The notes beneath the pieces were generated by a model. That model saw only the letters and a program-made list of their open reading frames with translations, ran no database searches and was not told the DNA's origin. A stretch of DNA of 62,885 bases, filler included, from Choristocarpus tenellus KU-1152 (taxonomy: Eukaryota; Protista; Phaeophyceae), in assembly GCA_964200185.2 (NCBI GenBank). It is 12 parts of 12 records of this genome, joined end to end, with 100 filler letters (N's around TTAATTAATTAA, not from the genome) between each part and the next. Parts side by side here need not be neighbours in the genome. Positions count along the whole stretch, not along the records: positions 32,342 to 39,497 come from CAXNAD020006606.1; positions 39,598 to 43,413 come from CAXNAD020017770.1; positions 43,514 to 52,901 come from CAXNAD020003722.1; 9 more parts are not named here. One strand, given 5' to 3'. The translations under genes were made by a program, and so were the position numbers. Every line of letters starts with the position of its first letter. Position 1 is the stretch's first letter. Positions 37,216 to 49,900 of the stretch are shown here, in pieces.

Positions 37216-39317
37216 TTCTCCTAGCCTGTCTCTATTGGAAGGTTCAGTGTGAAGCATCCCACACAATCACAAGCAAATGGCCGTGGGGGAAGCAAAAGCG
37301 CTACGAGCTTGGCCATTGAAGAGAAAAAAATTGACAAGGTTGAAGAAGACATCGAAGTTGTGGAAGCTGAGATTGATGCGGTGAAGACTGCCCTTGCTAT
37401 GACCAGGTGGTGAGCACCCTGGCATCAGAGACTCGTTCCAATGACAAAGGATTTGATGGACAGAGTGACACAGGTCAAAGAAGAGAAGAATCATCATCGC
37501 GAACTCACTCTCCTCCGAAAACAGGGTCCCTTTTACCCTATTAATATGTTTCATAGGGCTGTTCTAACCTGCTATACTTAGAACTCTCCTTCACGCATCA
37601 TTGCATGGGGTATTTTTTCATCACCAATCTACAACATTGTGCTGCAATGATGCTCATGCCAAGTTTTTTTTCTCCAACCTTGGTTTGTACTTCTACCAAC
37701 ATCAACAAAACTAGCATTTTTGATCACAGTACTGGAATCACTCCCTGACATACATGTGGCATAGGGTGGCATGACCATTACCACCTTGTCCGCACAATAG
37801 AGCTCCTCACCTTCGAAGAATTTAGTTGAATTCCCGAGAAAACTACTGCTTGGAGAGACTCCTGGGCTTCCGGTCAATCAACTCAAGGCCTGGAACCTGT
37901 TCAAGAAGTTAGTAGCGGGAGCAATAAGCTGATTTCAGCCAAGATGAGGAGCTCGGAAACCAAAGAAGTGGGGGAAGGGTAAAGGTCTCTATAATTTGAT
38001 GATAATGTAACCTTATCGAAGTACTCAAGCTCCACACCACAGTTTCTTGGTGCATATGACATCTGCGATATCACGTTTTGACCGAGAATAAGATCACATG
38101 GAGGTTTATTTGAATAGTTTTTCTTCTTATGAGTCCAACTGCGCTACCATGGGTTCAGAGCGGGAACAGTGAAGCGTGATACTTGTTGATATTTCAAGGC
38201 TGGGTGATTGTGCACTAACTACAAGCACTGCAGTGTATCCCATGCATGAGCATGCTACAATGCCCCCTTTCATGCCTATATTCTACATTACCTTTTTGAG
38301 CTTTTTATGGTGCTGTGAAAATTGCCCTCGTCTAGTCATCCCACAATATTTATAAGGATTTGATAGGTATTCCAGAGTACATGTAATCATTTGTGTTGTT
38401 TCGCGTATATACAAAGTGGTCTGTTCAGAAAAGTGTGTCATATTTCCGTACACCACAAGTTCTATTTTTATCCATACATAGATCACTCCTTTACTTTAGT
38501 CCATCATCACCCGTGCTGGCTTTTTCGAGATCCAATTTATAGGCATTATCAGTGTGTGCCATGGAGTGCAATCTCGATAATATTTGGTACATGTACATGA
38601 ATCCTTCCTTTTGTCCTTTTAGGTCATCTCCCCATTCATTCATTTGAAGCAGTCTCCAGCTTACAATTAAAGTACTCCAGAGTACAACAGTAGTATCAGT
38701 AGAGGCAAGGATACTCAAACATGTTTTTAACTAGAAACACAACAGAGGGAAAAGATGGGAAGCAAGAACACACGAAAGCAAGTAACTGAGAGGCACATCC
38801 TCTTCTGCTACAGCGCACGCAAGCACCACCTACTCCTAAGGAGGTATGGCTGTCTAGTGCTACGTTTCCCTATGGACAGTTGTAATCAACACAGCATACG
38901 TAATGACAGGTGTGAACTCAAGCGTGCCTTTGACACAGTACACTTCTAAGAAGGATCACGGTCCACGAAAAAGTGTTATCTGAAGCTTTTGAAAACAAGA
39001 CCATGTGAGAAAATATCATACTAAAGGGGTGTTGATACGGACAACTTGCTCTTGCAAACTGAATGTACCCACAATACAGCACAGAAAGCGGCACCCCTCA
39101 TCCAGTTACTTCGGCTCTTTGCCCTGTTTAACAGGAACAACAAAAGCAGCACTATTTCCTGTAAAGAAAATTTGGTTAAGGCGTTTGGGTCAGTGACAAT
39201 ATTAGGAAATCAATTAGTGCAGCTGATATTATTGGTTTGTTCAGAAGTGACCGTTGTTGAGGTTGATCCTATTTTTTTTTGCAAGTAGACGATTGGTGTG
39301 TGCAAACCATGAAAGCC

Positions 39318-39447
39318 GAGTGAAAGTATCTTAGAGGGTACAAGTTTTGCCATGTTTGTCCATTTGGGGCTTGGCTTCCCGTGCTTTTTTTATGACGTTT
39401 TCCTACTCCAAAATGTTTCGGAGTAGGTGAAATGTGAGAGTTTATGA
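39318..39447. mobile_element. MITE family B, 5' half
   Basis: 5' TIR and about 130 bp of internal sequence near the contig end. Confidence 0.88.
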
Positions 39448-40425
39448 CGTAAACTGAGTTTTGTGGGCGGGAGAATTCTGGTTGGCTGGGGGCACAGNNN
39501 NNNNNNNNNNNNNNNNNNNNNNNNNNNNNNNNNNNNNNNNNTTAATTAATTAANNNNNNNNNNNNNNNNNNNNNNNNNNNNNNNNNNNNNNNNNNNNTTT
39601 TTTTCTGTTGTGGTGTACAGTAACCCCCCGGGCACCCCCCCCCCCCCCCCCCCCCCCCCAGAAAATTTGTGTTATTTTGGTTTAAGCACGAAGAAAAAGG
39701 CATGATGACTCAGTGAAGCGTTCAGTTTGAATCTTGTGACGCACAATAACAAAATGCGTTACGAAAAACCGAAAAAAAATCTAGGTGTGTGCGTAAAGTA
39801 CCTATTCTCAACTTAGATTATAGCTGCAAGGTCTTTGTCACCTAGGAAATACTCTGGAGTATATTGCAATATGTATATGGAGTTTGAGTTCTTCTCCACC
39901 TCTCAGTCCTCTTGTCACTTGTCTGGGGTTGCTTTGCCATATGTTGATTCCGAGTATTTTTTCTGTATACATTCTGCTCGAGGCACATATCAATGGAAAA
40001 TCTGAAAGTTCTTTGGGTCACTTTAATAGCTCTTCTGGGGCGATTAGTTACTCAACATGGTGGGCTCCTTCCTAACTTGGGTGACTGCCCACGAATTGAG
40101 TGGGTGTATAATCGCATCGTCATATGGGAAACTAAGAGGACGACATGTGTCTTGCTCTCTTTGTATTTAGAAGTTTCATCCTATACAACATTAGTAATTA
40201 TTGCCGTAGTGATGAATCCCTTTATCTTCACTGTGTTTTGGGCGTTTTTCTTACGACTTAAGTGTAGAAGCATACTTATACAACCATTTTGACGTGGGGA
40301 CTCAATCTAGTATTTTTTTAATTTTTTCTCTACTTTGAAGTATTATTATCATTATTTCACGATTGAGGACATTGGCAAAGAAAAAAAAAACTGGCAGCGC
40401 AACAAGACTTAGTTTTTGGCGAACA

Positions 40426-40651
40426 GAATGAAAGTATCTTACTGGGTACGAGTTTTCCCCTGTTTGTCCGTTGTGACTTGGCTTCCCACGGGTTTTTAAT
40501 TACATTTTACCTACTCCGAAACGTTACGGAGTAGGAAAAATGTGTACCTTCTGTAAAGGTGTGTCCAGAACAAGGATATTGAAACTTCCTAACACGATTA
40601 GGAATTGGACCCCAAACCGACGTAACTCTACCCTCTAGGATACTTTGACTC
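40426..40651. mobile_element. MITE family B, internally deleted and diverged copy
   Basis: GAATGAAAGTATCTTACTGGGTA ... TACCCTCTAGGATACTTTGACTC, with no clear TSD. Confidence 0.85.
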
Positions 40652-41342
40652 GATAGATTTCTTCTGGTACAACAATCTTTAGACCTACAGGACAGTAAGG
40701 ACACTCCCCCCCCCCCAAGTTGGAGTTCATGGCCTTGTTCTGTGCACTTTGGGGAATATCCTGAGGTACACATCGAACCCTAACATATAGTGCTTCCATT
40801 ATTATGATGTTAAAAATCATTCATATAAAGCGAACCTTTGGCATTCCGTCCAGGCACAACAGAGAAAACAACGTAGACTTTCATTCAAGCTCTTGCTTTC
40901 GAATTCTTTTTACTCAAAGTACGACTTGAAACTGCAGGGGAAAGGTACTTCAACCATGTCGACACAGTTGCGAATGTTAGCTGACAAACAAATTGCATGG
41001 TTTTCAAAGTACCACTACCATTAGAATTGTTACTTGTTTCACATTAGTCTGAGGGATCCCAGGCCTATGACCGAAAGAGGTAGTCCAATGAAGGCAATAC
41101 GGACCGCTTTGGAGAGGCAACGGGGAATATAGAAAAAAAAAAACTGTGAGAGAAAAAAGAAACAAGAAACAAGAAAAGGGAAGAGAAAGCGAAATACTTT
41201 GAAGTATATTATAACCGTGTCTTCACGACAAAACGACCAAGCCGTGTGTATGACTAGTAGCGAAGCCCAGATGTTGCATCTATGTTTCCTATTGAGTATA
41301 CACTCGTTCTTGCCATGGATAAGGTGGCATCTACGTAAGGGG

Positions 41343-41888
41343 TCAGAAAATGAAACCCTCTGTGTTCCTAGCTCTATGCGCTCTAAGTATCCTAGATGCT
41401 GCCCCTTTCATTTTCCGTTCCCTGTCCTCCATGTATCCCAAGCTGCGATGACCACTCGGTCCCCTCAACATACTCCGCCTTCTACCCCCAATGCCCTTCA
41501 CTACTACTCTTTCGTCAGCAGAAGCTCCTGAAACTCCTGAAGTGTTGTCACTGTCAGGCAGAGGGGGCATGCCCATCCTGTGGAAGAAGTCCCGTTCACC
41601 CCAAAGTTTGACTGACTGATCACGATTCTGTTCTGCTACTCTTCCCCTTTCAGTTTTGCTATTGGTGGTCCAAGCCACCTGCGGTTGCAGGCTGGTGGTG
41701 TTTGATTGACCTCGTACCCCAGGCCTCACTGGATTGTCAGATTGCTGTGCCACTGCCTGGAGGTTGAGCAATCCAGCAGGAAAGAGGGAGAAAGGTAATA
41801 AAAAAGAAGAAGCACTCACTTCGATTTGTTGTGGAATTGAGGTGGGGATATATATCGAAGGATATTTCATTGGCTCAATTGGGCACAT
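41343..41888 (-). CDS. Hypothetical ORF or exon, 181 aa, no recognised family
   Basis: Length only. Confidence 0.15.
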   Translation of the reverse strand: MCPIEPMKYPSIYIPTSIPQQIEVSASSFLLPFSLFPAGLLNLQAVAQQSDNPVRPGVRGQSNTTSLQPQVAWTTNSKTERGRVAEQNRDQSVKLWGERDFFHRMGMPPLPDSDNTSGVSGASADERVVVKGIGGRRRSMLRGPSGHRSLGYMEDRERKMKGAASRILRAHRARNTEGFIF

Positions 41889-42195
41889 GCGGGTTGGGGT
41901 TTCTGACTGGTGTGTATTTTAGAGCCCTGCTTCCTTTTTGTAAACTCTCTGTGTGTGAGTGTGTGACTGTCAAATATTCGAATCTGCTTCAAGTGCATTA
42001 GCTCACGTGCATGGTTTCATTTTGTTTTCTTGTGACATTCAATAAGGGAATGTTGTAACTCAAGGTTTCCTTTCCTTAACAGTTGTTAAAGCTGTTGGAC
42101 AATGCGAGAGATATTTACTGAACAGGCAACTTCAACTTGACCACCAAAATCCGCTCCTCCTCATAGTCGATGATTGAACTATAGACAAGGCTTGT

Positions 42196-42500
42196 ATGGC
42201 GATGGCTGCTCTGGTGATGACTTTGGATGGGTTCGCGGAAAAAGTGGCAAGCAACCATGACAGTCCTTCGGAAGCTTACCAAGCCTTAAGGAACCACTTT
42301 AGGAGAAGTGGTATCACTGAAAGGGCTACTATGAGATCGAAGCTTAAATCGCTACATTTTCCTGCTGGAGAGGATCCGTCTACAGTCATCATGGAACTGG
42401 ACAGCATTGTGAAGAAAATGCGATCCCTTGATGATGAACCGAGTGATGAGCAATTAAGTGCCATGCATAATTGCTTGACCGACGAACACCTATGCCTAGG
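42196..42500 (+). mobile_element. Ty1/copia gag (UBN2-like) fragment
   Basis: SPSEAYQALRNHF...RSKLKSLHFPAGEDPSTVIMELDSIVKKMRSLDDEPSDEQL follows the copia gag pattern. Confidence 0.75.
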
Positions 42501-42626
42501 GACCAGTCAGGTCTGAGTTGGATTACGGTTCTACCGGTCCATAATCGTAAAGAAGGTCGCTCAATATTGCCATTTTTTTTTTACGATCGAGTACTATAAC
42601 ACACACCAGAGATACAACAGTCCATG

Positions 42627-42902
42627 GACCCAAAGCATTAAAGGGGGTATAGGGTCGCATCCATTCGGGGACATAAATCCAAGGTTTCGATTTTGATGAA
42701 TTTTGGCTATTATGTTTGTTAGCGAGGGTCAATATCCTTGCTCCGGACACACCTTTCAAAGTCATACACTTTTTAGGGTTAGGGTTAGTGTTCGCACAGG
42801 AAAAAACCGAAAAAAAAGGGCATAAGAAATCCGTCGGAAGCCAAGTCCCGAATGAACAGACAAACAGGGCAAAGTTCCTACCCTCTGAAAATGCTTTGGG
42901 TC
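42627..42902. mobile_element. MITE family B, diverged subfamily, reverse orientation
   Basis: TIRs GACCCAAAGCATT ... AATGCTTTGGGTC. The interior resembles the 20052 copy and contains TTAGGGTTAGGGTTAG. Confidence 0.85.
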
Positions 42903-43187
42903 AATGCAGTGTTTTTGAAACTCACCTGCAGTACGAATGTAAAAAAAATGATACTCAGCTTACCCCACGGTACAGGTAGATCGTTTTTGAGCCCGATGAT
43001 GAAAGCACATAATAAGAAGTATTTTTAAAATAGCACGATCATCACAGAATCCCGAAGATCTATTTAACAGAACATGTTTTTTCTTTGTCCAGTGTGAGTC
43101 AAAGTTGCATTTTAAGGATCGCAGTAAGTAATTGCAATGAAACGTTTTTTTTTTTTTCAACAAAAGTGTGTAGGATATTTTCTGAAT

Positions 43188-43360
43188 GGCTCAAAGTATC
43201 TGAGGGGGGGGTGGCGACTGTCCATTTGGGGTCAGTTTTTTCATGTTGCGATTTTGGGGTGATTTGGTTGCATACATCAGATGGATAATGTAAATGCACT
43301 TTTCCTTATTTTGGACCAAATGGACACCTAGGTGTAGACACCCCCCCCCCCCCCCCCACC
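43188..43360. mobile_element. MITE family A, second TIR lost at contig end
   Basis: GGCTCAAAGTATCTGA-polyG...GTCCATTTGGGG...CCAAATGGACACCTAGGTGTAGAC-polyC. Confidence 0.85.
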
Positions 43361-43513
43361 CACTTGGGCAAACGGTGCGGAAACACTCAAACAAATTACA
43401 AAAAAACACACCCNNNNNNNNNNNNNNNNNNNNNNNNNNNNNNNNNNNNNNNNNNNNTTAATTAATTAANNNNNNNNNNNNNNNNNNNNNNNNNNNNNNN
43501 NNNNNNNNNNNNN

Positions 43514-43580
43514 TAGAGGAAAGCCAAGCCCCAAATGGACAAACCTGGCAAAACTCGTACCCTCTAAGATACTTTCACTC
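43514..43580. mobile_element. MITE family B, one end only (contig start)
   Basis: Reverse complement of the family B 5' end. Confidence 0.9.
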
Positions 43581-43920
43581 ATGGTCAACGCAGATCTGGA
43601 CAACATGGAGACTATCTGTGGTGGGCTACGTCGGTGGAAAGGGTCTGTACGACATTGTGCAGCGAACATTAATGGTCCCTGAACTCATGGACACACCAAA
43701 GGAACAGGAATAAATACTTTACGAGAACTACAAGAAGAGTAAGAGACTATTGTGGTTTCTGCTGGTCCAAGTGTCCAGAGGGTCTGCAGCAGCAATCGTG
43801 GAGAGATTTGAAAACAACTAGAATCCAGATGGTAGAGGAGCGTGGATTAAATTGGAGAGCGTGCATGGAGGTCGCATGGAGGAGGTGAAAGAGAAAAAGT
43901 GGGAATATAAGGTAGAAATA
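43581..43920 (+). mobile_element. Decayed copia-type gag N-terminal fragment
   Basis: WTTWRLSVVGYVGGKGLYDIV...KSKRLLWFLLVQVSRGSAAAIVERFE...DGRGAWIKLESVHG, with two in-frame stops. Confidence 0.65.
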
Positions 43921-46900
43921 GTAATGGTAGTCCTAGCACAACCACCAGTAGTGGTATTAGTAGTAGGAGCAGTAGTGAGTGGTGGTAATGTTGAAGCGAT
44001 CCATAAGACCAAACCACTTGCTGTCAGCTGCGTAGGTACAACGTGAGAACGACCAGTATTCACCACGTAGCAACAAGAACAGCAACAACAAACATCACAA
44101 AAAATATGATGAGATTGAAATAGAGATTGGGGCTACCGACCTTGGACCTGGAGCACATTGGACTTGAAGACTGAGGGATGATCAACGTCAAGATAGGTGC
44201 AACTTCAACTATCATGCTTTCCCTAGCTTCTGCAAGTCTTGCCAGGAGAGGGAGTACAGTAGTTCTGCAAATGAGCAGGACAACAAGGGAAATGTGGGGT
44301 TCAAGGTTCAGTGATCCGTAAACTCTTGCTTCACGTGTGAGGAAATGTGGACAAAAGACGTAAGCGATTGATGAAGTGATAGTGTCCCCACCTCTGGGTA
44401 ACCTCAATGCTCACCATACAGGGTGGGGAAGAGAAGCAGGATAACTAAGTGGCTAAGGCATCTCTTCTGCTTTAGACCTCAAACGGGCACCATGTAGGAT
44501 GTAGTGTGGCACGAAATGAGGAGAGATTCCAATGCTGTGCACCACAAAGATGTTGGGACCAATTATCATGGCAACTTCACCTTTAAAAAATATTTATTCA
44601 AGTGTCTACGACAGATACTAGTACATGATAGAGAAGGGAGAAAAATGTGATGCTCGTCATTTATCCCTGAGATTTTGCCTCAAAAGGTGAGGTCCTACAT
44701 TCCTTCCTAGCTAACGAGCTACTGTAGGCTTCACAAAAGAAGTGAACAGCACCCCTTCCTGTCCTGACAAACCAATGCAGGCACAATTCATCAAAAAACA
44801 CGACAACGACTCATGATACCACTTCGCCTAGATTACCTTCAGCCTGTATGGACTTCGCATCTTTGTACAAGACTTCGCAGTACTGTGGGTGCTCTACTAT
44901 ACAGCACTCCCTGCTCAATACACACAGACAACAAACTTCAGAGCAAAATATAAAACAAATACTCTTCACAGCAAATAATGCCTTACCACCATAGTAATCA
45001 TCGATGGGACTTCAGAAAATCCCCATCTAGGAACTTTGTTCAGAAGAAGAATGAGTCCCTCATAACGCCACTCAAATATGGATTCTCACAGATATTGTGA
45101 AATTTAGAGCAAGAAGAATAATTGGAGTATTCGGAGTTGACTTCAACCCTGACTCAAATTCGTTGCCTGCCCAACATATTTTCCTCCATGTGTGCCCATC
45201 TGCGGTTCCCAGTGACCATTTTCCCTGGGTTCACGCTGATGATAACATATTTAGGCAAGTGTTGTAGCGGCAACAGGGCTAGCAACTTGGTAAAGCACAT
45301 CCCTTTAAGTGGAAGGAGAAATGTGGTGTATCGAGTGAGTATGACCGCTGGTCATGGGCCTGATGTGTCGCTCAGTGTGGTCAAACCGGCATTTTGAGCC
45401 ATAGGCGCATTTTCCTTTAAGATGAATTAGCAGGACAAACAAGGAGAGAAAATTGTAGAGAGGTCATGGTGAATTGCTATGAGTGAAATAACAACATGAC
45501 TGAACAGCACCGTACTGCTTGGACCAATATCTAGTGCAAGATGTGAGATTCATGTAGCGGGATGCCAGGCTTCAAGGTGAAGTCCAAGGCCAAATATCAC
45601 CTTACAGTCTAACGGCATCAAGTATTTCCTGCATTGTGCACCCCTCCACTCTTGGCGACACCAGTACCTGATACTGGTTGATCCCTCGCTAAACAAAAAT
45701 GTACCACTGTGCTCCACTCCGTTCGAAATCTCTACAATATGGAGATGTAGTTGAGCATCCTTCCTTTCCTTCCCTTGCAATTGCAACCAGACTGTTTAGA
45801 CGCTTGAAGTGCATAACATTCACAAGGTGCAAGGTCCCTCTAGGTAGCACTCATGTTTGTATGACCCGACACCACTACTATACAATTACATACCACTCCT
45901 CAAAAAAAAGGTGTGTCATTGTGCGCACTTGACACACCTGTCCTCATATAGAAGCGGCAGGGAGGAGCACCATAATGCCTTGGTAAAGCAGAAAGCGTTA
46001 TCCTCTCGTCAGAGGAGATACATGATGTCTCTTCCTGTGTCAAAGAGCACATGGGGCAGGGACCACACACAGGACACGCATGTTGAAGTTCAAGTTGAGG
46101 GGATAGATGTTATCACCACATACTGTTGCAATTTGCTCAATATAGCAACAATACACAAAACGTAGAGCAATATGTGTACACAGTGCGAGAAAGGCCTCGA
46201 GATATATACGAAAGCTAACACCAAGGGTGGCACTGATTGAAAGTCTGACCACATCAACTTGAACATGCTCTGAGTGTCTCTCGACAGCAAGTGTAAGTGT
46301 ATATATCAATGCCTGATGCGATGCACAGCACCTGTCACACTTCAACCACCCTCTAATAAGCGTCAACCCTATACCTCACCTTTTGTTATTTATTGCAATT
46401 GCAACATGCTCTGTATATCGGAATGGAAAGACGACATCCGTTACATGAGTTCATTCTATTTTCACAGACAACTGAAAGAGACCAGCAAGGTGGTTAAAAC
46501 TGAAGAGTCACAATGGCAAGAATTGAATACTGACTTGCTCAGGCATTAGAGTGCTTAGTGTCTACACGGAGAGGACCAGCAGCATGTGAGATCACCCCAC
46601 TTGGGGAGGTGAACCGAAATTTGCATTGCGTAGAAATAGGATGGTTAAAAGCAATCCGAGGGTGAGAAGATAACAGAGCACTTTCTTTTGGTGCATTGAA
46701 AGGTCTTCCACTGTGCACTACTCAAGTGCCAAAGCTTTTCAACCAGGTAGATACCATCAGTTGTCGAGAGCATGTTCCATTTGCAGCAAAACGCACTTGT
46801 TTGGTCAGGCACTATTATGCTCTTGACATAAATGTCAATGTCCATAAAGACATAGACGCCAAGAAATGTGCATGTGCTACACTTCAAAGTAACTCCCTGA

Positions 46901-49900
46901 AACAATTTTCGGCGCACAAAAAATCACAAAAATGGACCATTTCTCAACACAAAATTGAATTCAACGACAAAGAAAAAGTTGTAACCTGCCTGATTTGTCA
47001 CACGAAGCAAGGAGCATACTGTTTGTGCAAAACTGCATGAGCATGATCCTGGCCAACTATGCCACACCCACGAGGGGTGAGATACCGTACCCTTGAATTA
47101 TATTGCCCTGTTGAATTCAAATTCAGTATCACAAATCATACCTTAGAAATGTGCCTGAAGTAGCAGTTCGAACCATAGGCACAGGTCCCTGTCTGCAAGA
47201 AGTGAGCACAAGGGTTTCGATCCTAAGAGGTGGAGGAGACACGGGAGGGAGAGGGGGGGTGAACCAAGGCGACACTTCCTTCAATCTGTTTTGGACAATT
47301 GTGTCCGCAATCTAATCGTCCGTAGAAAGAGTGAAGCTAATGAAAACAAGCGAACTAATAGCAATAGAGTAAAAACAAAGGAAGGAGGAAAGGCTGTAAA
47401 TATCGAGTCAGAAATGATAGACGATACTGATGATCAACAAAAAATGCCGTTGGACTACACAACTGTAACTTATGAGTTACAGAGCGTTGTTTGTTGATTA
47501 GATCCTGTCCTTCACTGTGTGGGAACAAGAATAGCAACAAACGAACAATGCAAGGGTTGGGGGGTGATGTAGTAGACTAACCATGCCGATCACAAGGGGT
47601 GTAATTTTCCTGGGACATAAAGAGTCACTTTTCCCCCGCACAAGAGTTGACACTATCTTCTGGCATCACTACTCCACCTTCACGTTGTGAAGTATAGAAT
47701 GACAACAATGGAAATTTGTTCTCGTCACCTTTATGGATGGGTTGACACCGGAATATCCAACCATTGAGCAGCTATTCATAGTGGTTGTTACACGAAATTC
47801 CCTCCAACTGTCCACATTCAAATTTTGGGAATGATGCCTAATAGCACTTCAACAATCAAAATAAAAGTACATGAATGGTTGAATTTTGGCCAAGCATTGC
47901 CTTTATCCTAACAACACACACTAGTTCCTGATACCTTGATTTTGCTTTAGAGGATACTTTACAAGAAATCCTACTAATACACATTTTTGAAAGCACACAA
48001 CAATCAACATGTTCTCCACATTTAAAATGAAAGAGCCGTATACCTATCTCAATCTTTGATATTGTACACACATGCAAGAAATCCAAATTGACTATACCAT
48101 ACAAATGGTTACATGTCTGTCTTGTATTACCTATTGCCTAAGATGTGATTTTCACTGCAGTGACGAAAACGAGCAACCAGGGCGCCCGCTTGTAGTTCTG
48201 AGTATTCTGTAGTTTTAATATTGCTAGAATGACAAACACATTACCTAGAAAGATACCATGATACACTAGCATGCTAGTAGATCAGAAGATTGTGCTCAAA
48301 ATTGCTACATCTGTGGATACCCAATCTTAGATGGAAAAGGCCTTCCGGAAAATGGACTAAGGACAAGATCATTCAAACCACATAACAGACGTATGAAGCA
48401 TATGAATGGAGGGTTGACAGGATTAGGTCGAGGCCTAGATCGAGGCTTAGTCATAATTTTTGCATTGGCAAGAAATCCCAGTAACCTGAAAAGCGCTTGC
48501 CCTCCCAGGACAAGAAAATCGACAGCGAAGCCTCCCAGTATATGCCCTTGAGATGAACACCCAAATACACCCTATAAACACCCCCCAACCGCACGGATGC
48601 ACAACAACTAACCATATCTTATGAGGTTACTAGACTATCAAAATGCACCTCAGACAGCAAGGCTTTTTTCTCAAGGTTGAGAGAGCACCACGTACTGGTT
48701 TTGTTTCAAATGGTCACAATCAGTTTTCCCTGTCGTTCGTGCTTGGAAGAGTAAGAGCTTCAATTATACATAGCAAAGGGAGAATATGATAAACCTAGGA
48801 CAAGGAAACTGGACCTTCAGCAGAGCATTGTCTTCGCAGTTACCAGTGCTCAGTGGTTTTGTTGTCACATGACCTGAGTGTCCCCATCTGCATGCATACC
48901 AGTAGCCAGATTAGTTGCGTGTCCAACAGGTACTGTCCTGGTAGCTGCTCTCAGGAGATATGATGACCCCTTGGCTAGTTTTAGAACTCCTGGGTTGACC
49001 TAGTCATACCATTGAAGCATTGCAGTGGATGGGTTTTTCGAGTGACATGATGACTTTGATGGTTATAATTGGACAAGATAATACTATTAGACAAAATGAA
49101 TACTACTACTGCTAAATAATGGACCCTCTGCTTGCACCACATCCTGCGCTCATCGCACAAGATTTATCACGAACATCAGACAAGTCTGAAAAACAACAGC
49201 TCACAAGATCAGCGAGAAAACCCACTCCACAATTAAACATATGTTCTTGTGATAGGTTATGAACACATCATTTAGGATGGGGCACGAGGACACTTTAATG
49301 CTCTTGTACAATTGTTTGCAGATAAATCGATGACAGGATCGTGTATATAGGCCTCCTTTTGAGAACGACTTCAGAGTATCATGTACCAACCATATTCTCA
49401 AAAAAATGTCATCATCCGCTTTCCCTGTTCAACAAACAATTATACAGGAACCAACATTTGATGTGTGTACATGTCATGGATATGACCCGATCCTGAAGGG
49501 GTCAACAAGGGGGGTCACGTGGTTGTACTACTGCGGACCCTAAAATATCCACAATATCTCAAAGCTGCCCCAAACGCACTATTAAGCGTACAATATTCAT
49601 CTTGGCAGTGTGCTGTACAGTAGCATCATTAACAACTCCGCTCATTCATACCTAGCCTTATCACACTTCTATGGCATATTGTTCACCTTTTTGAAACATA
49701 TACTCAAAGAGCTTCATCATTGGTAGCATTAGCAAGACCTGTCACAAGGCAAGTAGAGACAGGCTAGTACCACAAAATACTGTACTTCAAAGCAGAGCAT
49801 GCCATTGCGGACATGATCACCACATGATGGTTTTATGGTTTACCAATTAAGCTCATTGACGTCCCATGTTCTTGCCAAGGATACTGAATAGAACTTCTGC

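Noticed and set aside
42772-42790. TTAGGG repeats as a telomere (also scattered at 22440-22800)
   Set aside because: Only 2-3 units, internal, and partly inside a MITE.
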